A stretch of DNA of 64,000 nucleotides from Escherichia phage vB_EcoP-101114UKE3: the sequence record NC_070982.1; one strand, 5' to 3'. The notes under the pieces are model-generated. The model was not told the origin of the DNA. It was given only the letters and a program-made list of their open reading frames with translations, and made no database searches. Made by a program: the position numbers and the translations under genes. Of the stretch, positions 54,633-63,870 are shown piece after piece; within the stretch, counting starts at the first letter, position 1, and every line of letters begins with the position of its first letter.

Positions 54633-56666
54633 TTAGTGTTTACCTTTACAGTAATCTGAATTACAGATCACCCTGTTTTCTTTGTTCAGTGAGCAAGTTT
54701 CTGCATCACGCCACGGAATTTGTTTATAACAGACTGCACAAAACCCAATTGAAGTCCAGAGGGCTTTTGTAAACTCAGCTGTTCGTTGTCCATCGTAACT
54801 GACAACTGTTTTTCGGAGAGAGGTTGACTTTTCTGGAAATGTCTCCGCTTTCTCAGCGGGTACCTCCTTTGGGGCATTCTTTGGACCATAAACAGAGATG
54901 GCATAAGTATCACCACCACGTTTTTCCAAATACGAATTAGGAACATCTGCAAGTGTGATGTCCCCTGAACGTTTTGCTGAGCTGACCATTACAATCATAC
55001 GGCTAAGCATACGTTCATCAACACGAACAGCTACTTCAGGACGACGTGGGTTGGTTGTGTCTACTGCTTTAGTCCAAATATAACCTTCAGATAGAGTAAC
55101 ATTCTTTACTTTATCTTTGATTTCTTTGGAGCAGATATAACAAACGTCTTCACCACGAAGTTTACTCATTTCGTTGTCAAACTCGAAATCAGTCTTGACT
55201 TCACCACAGATAGCACATACACCCAAAGGCACATCTTCTTCCTCTTCAGAGGTTTTAGATAACGCTTCGAAGCATTCTGGATGCCAGTATGCCTGATAAG
55301 CAAACACAGCCTTACGAGCATCTTTCCAGTCAATGTGCTTATCACAACCACCACAGTCACCATGAGAGTGAGATTCCCAGAACTTACGAGTGACTTCTAC
55401 ACCATTCTTAGTGATGAAGGAGTCCTCTGCATCAAAAGGGATATCATCATCAAAATCAGCAGTAGTGCTTTGAGGCTCCTTATCTGTAGCATCAACAAAC
55501 AGCCCTGAAGTTAGTACGAGGCGAATCATACTGTCCACTTCGGAGATACAAGCAATCGTCCCGCGATATACTACCTTTGGGTTTTCAAGAGCCTTAAGAT
55601 ATTCATCTTTGGCTACGTTGTGAACATCCCCTTCGACATACTCTTGAGCTTTATCATCGTAGATGTAACCAACCATCTTACCACGATCTGTGTTGTTATA
55701 AGCATGGAACTCGTGAGGAATAATATCCACACGACCATCACGACGATAAGGAAGACCGCGATCGGCAGCCAGTTTGTTCTGGTCTTCAATCGCTTTACGA
55801 CGACGAATGTCTCCGCTTGTCACGCCGGGCTTGTCGTCTTTGTTTCCGTAAATGTCGCTTGTGCTGCTGCTTGATTTGTTTGTCTGTTGGTTCTGATAAA
55901 GAGAGGAGTTCGAGTAATAGCCGCCCCAGCGACTCGTTACCGTAAAAACCGGAAGCGTGTGCTCCACCTCTTGAACCAGAGTCATACGACTGTTAGACAC
56001 ATCAAAGATATACTCAGTTCCCACTTTACATTCGAAGTGGTCATTGATATGGTTCTTATGGGACTTAGAACGCTCTAAAATCCACATAAGCATAGCTTCT
56101 TCAGAAGCTCCAAACCAATCCAAACCACAGCGGGCTAGGTGGAAAGGACGCTCATCATTACGGATAATGTGAAGTGTGTTGTCTTTAGCATCATGCCAAA
56201 TCAAAGTGAATGCACCATCCAGTTTTTGGATAGTCTCTGCTGCTCCAATGGTGTTAATTGAGTGGCAGATGTTTTCACTATCAACTTCGAAACGCTTACT
56301 GTCAGGAAGGAGATCTTGATCTAACAGGGTTCCATTATGAACCAGAGTAATATCCCCGTGAGTAAATGGGTGAGCATTTCGAGCATTGACAGCCCCACGA
56401 GTGGCATGTCGGCTGTGACCAACAATCCACGAAGGAGGAACTACGTAGTTCGTAAGCCCTTTGGTAATATTTGTATATTCTGTCTGGAGCATAAAAGCAT
56501 AAGAAGGAAGAGCTTCTTTATAAGAGAAGACTTGCTTTTCACCTTTACGCTGACCAAACACACCAGTTGAGTGCTGTCCACGGAAAACACCAGCATACAG
56601 AAGTTGGTTGAAAATGTCCAAATCTGCTGAGGTCATGTTGCCGCCAGCTAATACGATACCACAAAT
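54633..56666 (-). CDS. Ntn-hydrolase / class-II glutamine amidotransferase-like protein fused to a CxxC-rich C-terminal region (about 677 aa); predicted AUU start
   Basis: The frame upstream of the first ATG reads stop-K-I-CGIVLAGGNM..., giving the GAT-II N-terminal Cys; ATT at 56664-56666 has AGGTGG 8 nt upstream; RHATRG and NAHPF blocks; at least five C-x2-C pairs in the C-terminal third. Confidence 0.65.
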   Translation of the reverse strand: MCGIVLAGGNMTSADLDIFNQLLYAGVFRGQHSTGVFGQRKGEKQVFSYKEALPSYAFMLQTEYTNITKGLTNYVVPPSWIVGHSRHATRGAVNARNAHPFTHGDITLVHNGTLLDQDLLPDSKRFEVDSENICHSINTIGAAETIQKLDGAFTLIWHDAKDNTLHIIRNDERPFHLARCGLDWFGASEEAMLMWILERSKSHKNHINDHFECKVGTEYIFDVSNSRMTLVQEVEHTLPVFTVTSRWGGYYSNSSLYQNQQTNKSSSSTSDIYGNKDDKPGVTSGDIRRRKAIEDQNKLAADRGLPYRRDGRVDIIPHEFHAYNNTDRGKMVGYIYDDKAQEYVEGDVHNVAKDEYLKALENPKVVYRGTIACISEVDSMIRLVLTSGLFVDATDKEPQSTTADFDDDIPFDAEDSFITKNGVEVTRKFWESHSHGDCGGCDKHIDWKDARKAVFAYQAYWHPECFEALSKTSEEEEDVPLGVCAICGEVKTDFEFDNEMSKLRGEDVCYICSKEIKDKVKNVTLSEGYIWTKAVDTTNPRRPEVAVRVDERMLSRMIVMVSSAKRSGDITLADVPNSYLEKRGGDTYAISVYGPKNAPKEVPAEKAETFPEKSTSLRKTVVSYDGQRTAEFTKALWTSIGFCAVCYKQIPWRDAETCSLNKENRVICNSDYCKGKH

Positions 56667-56743
56667 TTTCTAATCCACCTGAAGGGTAAACCCTTTCATC
56701 TAATTAACCTTTAAATGCGCCCTGTATAAGAGCGCCCGTTGTG

Positions 56744-57844
56744 TTACAGCAGTCGTTCTAATTGCATTTCCAGATGGTCTGGAATATAACCAGTGACGTT
56801 ATCATCACTGCTACCTGATTCACGCATCAATGCAAACATGTGACGAATTTCACGAACCGTTGCGATTCGAGTGCTTTCAATCTGAGGGGTGTAGTAGGTC
56901 ATGATCTCTTCGTAGACACTGTTGGCATTACCGCGCACATATCCCAAGAAACCATAGAAGTCATTCATATCACGTAAGTTGATAAGGACTTCACCATCAG
57001 GGCCAGTCTGTTGCACACGAACACGACCAACCAAAGTTACAGATTGCTCACGACAGAAGAGAATATCACGAGCAAGACGATACCCTTCAGTGAGATCACT
57101 GTCTCTTGGAGTATAGTCTAGGGGTAGATGTTGAATCATAGGAGCGAAGCGCAGCTCATTCAACTTCTCAACATAAGCTTCATTGTCTAAATCTGCATAT
57201 TCAACAGCCAGTTTCTTGAGAACCAAGAAGCGGTTGACCAGATTCAGAAGTTGGCTCTTTTTCCACTTCGGCTCTGAGATACGGAACTCAACAGAACCAA
57301 ATTGAGATAGAGGCAAAAGATTAAGGGAGGTGTATTTATCCCAGCTATTAACAAGAGAGTGGAAGAAAGCTTCCCCGTCTCGGTTGAACGCTGACGAAGC
57401 ATTCATAACTTGTGCTTGAACGACAGCAAAAGCTGGACAGAAGTTGCTACGATAGCGATGGTATCCAGAACATTTGAACATCATCTTTTCATAGAACGTC
57501 CATCCAAGAATAACTTTCTTAAGGATATTACTATCAGCGTCACGCATATCCATATGAACGTGAGTGGAGCAGCGCCAAGTTCCCTCGGCTCCAGAATCCT
57601 GTACTGCTTCACTCAGATTGTTAATAGCACGAAGTAATTCTTCACCGTTGTAAGGTCGTGCACATACTAATTCACAACCATCACGAAGAGAGCCATCTTC
57701 AGTACAAACCCACATATCAGCGTCAATGTCAGTTGTACCTTCGACTTCTAACTCAATACCAACACCACACTGAAAAGCAATACTTGGATGCGGTTCAGAT
57801 AAGCGAGGGTTACGGTATCCAAAAACTTGTGCTACGGTTGTCAT
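56744..57844 (-). CDS. Amidoligase-like (carboxylate-amine ligase, glutamine synthetase-like fold) protein (366 aa)
   Basis: GVGIELEVEG near the N-terminus and a downstream STHVHMD motif; genomic context with GAT-II-like and AIG2-like genes. Confidence 0.45.
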   Translation of the reverse strand: MTTVAQVFGYRNPRLSEPHPSIAFQCGVGIELEVEGTTDIDADMWVCTEDGSLRDGCELVCARPYNGEELLRAINNLSEAVQDSGAEGTWRCSTHVHMDMRDADSNILKKVILGWTFYEKMMFKCSGYHRYRSNFCPAFAVVQAQVMNASSAFNRDGEAFFHSLVNSWDKYTSLNLLPLSQFGSVEFRISEPKWKKSQLLNLVNRFLVLKKLAVEYADLDNEAYVEKLNELRFAPMIQHLPLDYTPRDSDLTEGYRLARDILFCREQSVTLVGRVRVQQTGPDGEVLINLRDMNDFYGFLGYVRGNANSVYEEIMTYYTPQIESTRIATVREIRHMFALMRESGSSDDNVTGYIPDHLEMQLERLL

Positions 57845-58467
57845 AATGATTCCACCAACTCTACATTATATGATGACAGGTCTGAAGAAATATGCTTGAA
57901 CTTCTCCAGAAGGTTTAAAGATTGACGACCATTGTCGCCATAACCAGCTTCAAGAAGCACGTTTCCAACGTAAGCCCCTTTGTAATAAACTTTTCCATCG
58001 ACAGGATTGATATAGATGAAACGAGTAACCAACCCTTCAAACTCTGGATTAAACAGGTTATACACCAAATCACCCGGAATCGAACGTCCGAGAGAAGGTG
58101 GAGTACCACGAAGTTTATTCCCCATCAAGCCTTTAGCTCGCTGACGAACAGGGTTGATATGGGTCCAGCTCACCACGTTATTACCATGCTGAAGGTATCC
58201 TACATCTGGAGACTCCAGAATGAGGCTGTGATCAAACACTGGGATATTACTAACAATCTGACGTTCAAACTGACCTTCGGAGTTTTTAGTCCAGCGTTCC
58301 GCCTCAAACACTAAAGACATTTCAGCGTCGTGTGAGTAGTCGTCGATATCAAAGTTACCTTGCTGACGAACATCAAGCACATATAGAGGGAGGTTTTTAC
58401 CATCAGGTGATCGCTGAGCAATCCATGTTCCACAATAATAGTGTTGAAAATCTCTTAACAAGCTCAC
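57841..58467 (-). CDS. Hypothetical protein (208 aa), GTG start
   Basis: GTG at 58467 with AAGGTGA RBS; no early in-frame ATG. Confidence 0.45.
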   Translation of the reverse strand: MSLLRDFQHYYCGTWIAQRSPDGKNLPLYVLDVRQQGNFDIDDYSHDAEMSLVFEAERWTKNSEGQFERQIVSNIPVFDHSLILESPDVGYLQHGNNVVSWTHINPVRQRAKGLMGNKLRGTPPSLGRSIPGDLVYNLFNPEFEGLVTRFIYINPVDGKVYYKGAYVGNVLLEAGYGDNGRQSLNLLEKFKHISSDLSSYNVELVESL

Positions 58468-58476
58468 AATATCACC

Positions 58477-59283
58477 TTATACAATCTGGAGTTTAGAGGA
58501 GAATTTATCTGCTTCTTTAACATCGTTACTGTTGATGATGTTGTGAAGCTTTTCAATTGGAAGGCGAGAGTGAAGTGACATCAATACTTCCATATCACAG
58601 CCTTGAACAACCTTATCAACTTGCTCATAAACAAACTTGCGGGTTGACTTCTCGCCAATCCAGAAGTTAGAAAGAGAACGATATTCAATACCGTAATCCT
58701 TGTAACGAATGGCAGAAGCCTTTCCGTATAACTCTTTACGACGAGTGTCTTTATCCATGATTACAGCTGGCAAGGACAGGAAATAATCACACAACACACC
58801 CAACATCATTTGAGTTTGTCGAGTAATCTCTAAAGTCCCGGAGACACCAAGGTGCACATGACCCCCAGCAGTACGCAAACCCTTATTAGTTGCGACCGGT
58901 GAAGGGTTCTTTTGTCCAGTGAAGGCATTGAAATCAGGAGTACAACCAAATACAAAGGCTGACGGATGGAAAGATTCAAGCTCTTCTGAAGTGAACACAT
59001 GAGAGCTAATCCCAAGTGCTGCCTCCATGCCACGTTCATTGAGAACTTTGTTAGTCAGATCAATACCACGCTGAATGTTATCATCAAACGCTTCAAACCC
59101 TTCCTGTGGGTTAATATCAAACTCGGCCAGAACGTTGTCTTCTTGAAGACGAACATCAGGAGCCAGATCAATTTTATTGTCTTTAGAACAGCCCAGCTTA
59201 CCAGCCACAGAGGTGATAATACCGGAAGCAGTACGAACAAACATTTCAGGGTCAGAGCCAATAAGGAAAGCGCGCTTAGTCAT
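58477..59283 (-). CDS. Second amidoligase-like protein candidate (268 aa)
   Basis: ATG at 59283 with GGAG RBS; LIGSDPEMFV and GGHVHLG motifs parallel the E-rich and HVH motifs of 56744..57844. Confidence 0.35.
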   Translation of the reverse strand: MTKRAFLIGSDPEMFVRTASGIITSVAGKLGCSKDNKIDLAPDVRLQEDNVLAEFDINPQEGFEAFDDNIQRGIDLTNKVLNERGMEAALGISSHVFTSEELESFHPSAFVFGCTPDFNAFTGQKNPSPVATNKGLRTAGGHVHLGVSGTLEITRQTQMMLGVLCDYFLSLPAVIMDKDTRRKELYGKASAIRYKDYGIEYRSLSNFWIGEKSTRKFVYEQVDKVVQGCDMEVLMSLHSRLPIEKLHNIINSNDVKEADKFSSKLQIV

Positions 59284-60226
59284 TGTAATACTCCACGAGT
59301 TCATCAAAAAGGGAAACAACACGAGCACCAGCTTCTTCTGGTGTCATTGAGGAAGGTACTGCTTGCATCAGACGTTCGATAAAACTTTGAACAGTAATTC
59401 TGTCCATACGCTGATCTAATACTTCTCGCTTGTGACCTGCACAAGTTGACCAGAGACGTAACCACTCACTCATACTCTCATAATGGTCAGGGTCTTGGTC
59501 ACGACGACGTGCCATACGACGGAGAACTCCATCATTATGGTTTCGTACATAACCATCTCGGTTGTCATCAACACCGAATACATTCTGAACCCATACGTTT
59601 TCAGAAAATTCATCAGTGGTGCAAATTAATGGCAGAAATGCAATTGCACTCATGTCGCCATCAAAATAAGTCGCTGCTGACTCATCGGTTGAGTCTACGT
59701 CATTACTATAACACCAGCGACCAAAGAAGTTACGACTTAAACCAGCTAAGCGTAGAGCTAAACCGATTCGTTGTCGCTTAAGCAACTCTTCCTTGTCTTG
59801 TACGCCTTCCTGAAGGAACTCCATTCCATTAAAATCACCATCCAAATAGCTACGGATGGTCATTAGTCCAGTAAACACCTTGTCTGCTGGATGGTTTCGA
59901 AGGTTCACGGCAATAGAGTTCACCGAAGTGACAGAGAACATATCTTTATAGCAAGACATTGAGTTAAAAATGTCTGTTGCTTCAACTAAAGCTCTTTCGA
60001 TATCTTTAGCTGGTACGCCATAAAAATTGTGAGGCCAGAAGTTAATAACTTCAATTTCTGAAGTTCTGTCACGAAGGCTTGTTCGGTTACGACTTTCACC
60101 GTTAATGTCTGTAACAGAATACATGTGCATACAGTTAAAAGTACCAAAGCAAGCTCTTCCTTTGAACACTGACTCACCGAAATCCTCTGCCGGTGTTACC
60201 GGAGCAATCGATGCGGAGATTGACAT
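59276..60226 (-). CDS. Hypothetical protein (316 aa)
   Basis: RBS AGAGG; part of the operon. Confidence 0.5.
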   Translation of the reverse strand: MSISASIAPVTPAEDFGESVFKGRACFGTFNCMHMYSVTDINGESRNRTSLRDRTSEIEVINFWPHNFYGVPAKDIERALVEATDIFNSMSCYKDMFSVTSVNSIAVNLRNHPADKVFTGLMTIRSYLDGDFNGMEFLQEGVQDKEELLKRQRIGLALRLAGLSRNFFGRWCYSNDVDSTDESAATYFDGDMSAIAFLPLICTTDEFSENVWVQNVFGVDDNRDGYVRNHNDGVLRRMARRRDQDPDHYESMSEWLRLWSTCAGHKREVLDQRMDRITVQSFIERLMQAVPSSMTPEEAGARVVSLFDELVEYYND

Positions 60227-60234
60227 ATTCGCCT

Positions 60235-61452
60235 CTATTTATTAAAGAATAATTTTTCCATAATGGTTTCCCACTCTTCTGAGGGGAGGGTTGAGAACCC
60301 GTTTCCGTGAAGCCTGTTTGTCATGCAACTAATAATATTGTACATGTTGTAGCTTCGGGTGGATTCTGTTCCATTGTTCCAGTTATAACCGAAAACAATT
60401 TTATCGAAGGAGGTTTTATCCGTAGTTACTTCTCGGATGAACTCAACCAAGAGCGATTTCTCTGTGATGACCGCACGTTCACCATCTGGCAGATTACAAT
60501 ACTGAGGAAGAAGAATTGGTAAGAACATCGAATTGTTCACTCGACAATCACGAACATCTTCACTGCGATAGATTAGGCTTGAGAAGTCTTCATCACGCAG
60601 GTGTCCTTCACCTTCAGTGTATTCACACTGTCGCCATTTGGTCTGACGAGGTTCAATCATTGTACTACCAACGCCTACTGTATACAGAGACGCTTGGAAG
60701 ATACACGAGTCGTAATCATTCCCTGTTAAAGCAACTTGCTCATTGCCGAACACATCCACTGAAGAGTTAATCAGTCGGCTGAATGCAAGAGAGGCTAGTG
60801 GAGACCAACCTTTCTTATACATCTTGTTCAGCATTTCATACACAGCAGATTTTTCATCATCTGTATAGAATGTACGATTCAGCATCAGATAGAACAGAGC
60901 GCGATCAGCAGGACAACCATCAGTACAAACACCCATGAATCCTACTTCATGCCATACCAGACATGAGTCAGAATCTTTATCCATGAATGCTTCAAAGGCT
61001 TCCATTACAGCCCTGTCAGTAACATCAGGACGGTTGTTTTCTTCTGCCCATGTTTCTACATGAGAAGGAGGACGAGGGTCTCCATTCTCCACCCCTTCGC
61101 GGAAATATTGAGTGGTAATAGGCTTTTTATCACCATAACGTTTTACACCATAAGCGGGAAGGTGTGTACCAGAGTTCCAGATGTACTTAATTTCGGACAT
61201 AGGCATCATGTTTTCGAGAACGTTCTCTTCAGCAGTGCCTTGACGAACCATCATATTTTCACTCCACACCTTAATGCGGATATTCCAGCCGTAGTTGCTG
61301 TCATACGTGTTATAATAATCAGGATCACCATCTTCATCTTCATCATAATCACCACCCTGATAGTAACCTGCTTTCAGGAAACCATAACAAGGAGGCCAGA
61401 CGGTTACAACATCATCTGATTCTTTCCAGCTTTGAAGTGTTACAGGGAACAT
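60235..61452 (-). CDS. Hypothetical protein (405 aa)
   Basis: RBS AAGAGG; first large gene of the operon. Confidence 0.5.
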   Translation of the reverse strand: MFPVTLQSWKESDDVVTVWPPCYGFLKAGYYQGGDYDEDEDGDPDYYNTYDSNYGWNIRIKVWSENMMVRQGTAEENVLENMMPMSEIKYIWNSGTHLPAYGVKRYGDKKPITTQYFREGVENGDPRPPSHVETWAEENNRPDVTDRAVMEAFEAFMDKDSDSCLVWHEVGFMGVCTDGCPADRALFYLMLNRTFYTDDEKSAVYEMLNKMYKKGWSPLASLAFSRLINSSVDVFGNEQVALTGNDYDSCIFQASLYTVGVGSTMIEPRQTKWRQCEYTEGEGHLRDEDFSSLIYRSEDVRDCRVNNSMFLPILLPQYCNLPDGERAVITEKSLLVEFIREVTTDKTSFDKIVFGYNWNNGTESTRSYNMYNIISCMTNRLHGNGFSTLPSEEWETIMEKLFFNK

Positions 61453-61463
61453 CTTTTACCTCT

Positions 61464-61826
61464 TTACTCTGCTACCAAAAGGCTCAGAGATTTGCGAATG
61501 TAGTCAATACTACGGAAGTTTCGATAGTTCTCTTGGAAGCGCATTTTTTCAAACTCTGCTTCCTGAAGCTCTACCTCTGCTGCTTTATATCCTGATAAAG
61601 CTAAACTTACCACATCCTGAGGTAAGGTATTACGACGGCGAATAAGATATTTATTCGCTTTTAGTTTACCTTGTGCACGAGCCATTTTGGCCTTTGCCGC
61701 CTTGATACCATGAGAAATCCAAAGCAGTTGCTGTTTCAGATCTTCCTCATCCATACCACCTAAATCATTTGCTACTTTATGCAGCGTAGACAGGTTCACA
61801 TGGCCTTTAATGGGGCGTAGGTTCAT
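61464..61826 (-). CDS. Hypothetical coiled-coil protein (120 aa)
   Basis: Start overlaps the stop of an upstream small ORF (ATGA). Confidence 0.45.
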   Translation of the reverse strand: MNLRPIKGHVNLSTLHKVANDLGGMDEEDLKQQLLWISHGIKAAKAKMARAQGKLKANKYLIRRRNTLPQDVVSLALSGYKAAEVELQEAEFEKMRFQENYRNFRSIDYIRKSLSLLVAE

Positions 61827-61990
61827 AACTTCTCCTGTTTGTCACATTGATTGGTTAGCCAGTTGTAAGACCCACTGTTGTTCTTGCTTAACTCGCAAGA
61901 TGCAAAAGAGTACATCCTGACAAACCCCACAGTGGCTAAGCAAATAAAGATTGCTGCCAATAAGAATTTAGCTTTCAACTTATTATCCAT
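61823..61990 (-). CDS. Small membrane or secreted protein (55 aa)
   Basis: ATG at 61990 with AGAAGAGG RBS; hydrophobic N-terminus KFLLAAIFICLATVGFV; below the ORF-track cutoff. Confidence 0.35.
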   Translation of the reverse strand: MDNKLKAKFLLAAIFICLATVGFVRMYSFASCELSKNNSGSYNWLTNQCDKQEKL

Positions 61991-62231
61991 ACAACCTCTT
62001 CTTTGAGCTTAAAAAAGGACTCTCCTAAGAGAGCCAAGCTTTAAGGCCAATTAAATAGATATCACCCAATATCTGTGGATAACCTGCTCTTAAAATATTC
62101 TATCCGACGGATGTTCGAGGATTATTCCTCTCCCTAGCATCGGCCCCATACGGGAAAGATTAAATTAAGTTTAGGTTAGTTGAGCCAGAATAGCTCACAT
62201 AGCCCTCTGATACTCACAAGGGCTATAGATG

Positions 62232-62480
62232 TTACTCTGTGGCTCCGTCGAATCGGAGGATTGCTGCTGGAACAGGGTATGCTTCCAGATCTTCATCCAG
62301 TCGGTATAGATGCCCTGTACTTAAATTTACAGCTGTTACTGGCTTAGAGTGGCCTCCAGCCTGTATGGAAGGAACTCTGATAAAGAACTCTTCTGGATAT
62401 TCAACAGAGTGGAACACACTTCCTGAATAAAGATCTTTTATTTTAGAAGTTTGTTTAGGAGTTTTATCAGCAATTTTCAT
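62232..62480 (-). CDS. Hypothetical protein (82 aa)
   Basis: RBS AAAGG. Confidence 0.4.
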   Translation of the reverse strand: MKIADKTPKQTSKIKDLYSGSVFHSVEYPEEFFIRVPSIQAGGHSKPVTAVNLSTGHLYRLDEDLEAYPVPAAILRFDGATE

Positions 62481-62713
62481 TACAGACCTTTCTTAGCACG
62501 ATCTTTGGCAGTTTTGCCAGTGCGGATACGATGGGAAACATTAACCAGCTCGCCACCTTCGACGATGGTTACGCTTTTGTTTTTCGCAATATCAAACACA
62601 GTTTTCTCTGTGCCGCCCAGACGAATCTGTTTAGGCTCACTGTGGGTCTGAGTTGATTTAGACTGGAACTGGAACGGCTGACGGATGGCATCAATTGCGC
62701 TAACTTTAGACAT
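62480..62713 (-). CDS. Hypothetical protein (77 aa)
   Basis: ORF with a TAATGTAA-like element about 20 nt upstream. Confidence 0.4.
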   Translation of the reverse strand: MSKVSAIDAIRQPFQFQSKSTQTHSEPKQIRLGGTEKTVFDIAKNKSVTIVEGGELVNVSHRIRTGKTAKDRAKKGL

Positions 62714-62741
62714 GTTTTTATTACCTTACATTAAAGAGAGA

Positions 62742-63155
62742 TTAAACAACGAATTGGAACGCTTCGTATCCAAACTTGTATAAGAAATCGTGTTTGAACT
62801 TTACTACACGACCACGATCGCGGAAAGCTTTCAGGCGACTGCTGAACCCAACCATTGGCTCAGGGTCAATAGGGCTACGAATCTTCATAGCTACAGAGTG
62901 CAGCTTGAAGCGTTTACCAGTGCTACAGGCCATCATCACATACTCCATACGAGTAGTCCAGATGTTGAGCACCATGCTTGTTTTCTCCGCTGACCAACCA
63001 GTCTTGCGGGCGATTTCTTTATGGACATTAAGCTCCAAAGGAAGAGGGAATTGCTTGTTGAATGAAGCCGGATATAGCTTGACCAGAAGGTCAATGTTTT
63101 CTTTATACGTTAAGTAAGCCAATTTCTTGCTTACGTTAGGGAATTTCCCAGACAT
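62742..63155 (-). CDS. Hypothetical protein (137 aa)
   Basis: RBS GGAG. Confidence 0.45.
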   Translation of the reverse strand: MSGKFPNVSKKLAYLTYKENIDLLVKLYPASFNKQFPLPLELNVHKEIARKTGWSAEKTSMVLNIWTTRMEYVMMACSTGKRFKLHSVAMKIRSPIDPEPMVGFSSRLKAFRDRGRVVKFKHDFLYKFGYEAFQFVV

Positions 63156-63353
63156 TTTTGAAGCTCCAAAACAGCGCCGAAAAGAGAGGCGTCATAGTAG
63201 CTAAAAGGAGGAGAGAAGAGGGCTTATTTACTTGCCTTTTTCTGTCCGTTAATGTACCAGATAACTGAACCGTCAGGCTGTCGTTGACCGAAGCCTTTCA
63301 AGTTAACCATTTCTTCTTCAGAGTAGGCACGTTTTCTCACTGATTTTCTCCTG

Positions 63354-63611
63354 TCAGTAGAAGGTGTGTGTAGAGTCGTCGTTCATAGATAACCAAACGA
63401 AGAAGACAATCACACAGAAAGCAATAATACCGAGAGTTGCAAGGATTATAGTGTTAGCTAATGTGATATCTAACACGCTTTGCAGATATATAAAGAACTG
63501 TACGACACCACATACCATCAGCACAACCCCAACGACAATGAGGAGCCAATATGTGCAGAGAAGGACTGCATCTAATAGTGATACATACTTTGGATGATCT
63601 TTATGTCTCAC
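63354..63611 (-). CDS. Small membrane protein with two hydrophobic helices (85 aa)
   Basis: Hydrophobic stretches LLCTYWLLIVVGVVLMVCGVV and IILATLGIIAFCVIVFFVWL; apparent GTG start. Confidence 0.35.
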   Translation of the reverse strand: MRHKDHPKYVSLLDAVLLCTYWLLIVVGVVLMVCGVVQFFIYLQSVLDITLANTIILATLGIIAFCVIVFFVWLSMNDDSTHTFY

Positions 63612-63867
63612 TGATCTTTTCCACTAAATCCAGAGTTGCTGATTCAAATACAACACCAACTACCATATTAGGTGCCATATTACGAACGTATCCGCTCTGC
63701 ATAGACACGGCCCGAGAGTATTCAGAACCGTTAGAACTTTTGTTTACCTTCATGTAAAGGGTTTGCTCTTTATCTTCTTTCAGAGTAAAGAAAGAGCCGG
63801 GAAGAAGCCTCTGAACAGTCAGAGGGATATCTGCAACATGAGTCTTATTGATAGTAAGAACTGTCAT
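63601..63867 (-). CDS. Hypothetical protein (88 aa)
   Basis: RBS AAGGA. Confidence 0.4.
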   Translation of the reverse strand: MTVLTINKTHVADIPLTVQRLLPGSFFTLKEDKEQTLYMKVNKSSNGSEYSRAVSMQSGYVRNMAPNMVVGVVFESATLDLVEKISET

Positions 63868-63870
63868 TGC

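Noticed and set aside
53008-56570. Several plus-strand ORFs (for example 53008..53211, 55620..55874, 56337..56570) antisense to the ATP-grasp and Ntn-hydrolase genes
   Set aside because: They are antisense shadow ORFs inside strongly supported minus-strand genes.
62199-62226. Hairpin after the 62232..62480 gene as an intrinsic terminator
   Set aside because: It has a 14-nt loop and no downstream U-tract on the minus strand; it is reported only as a structured element.
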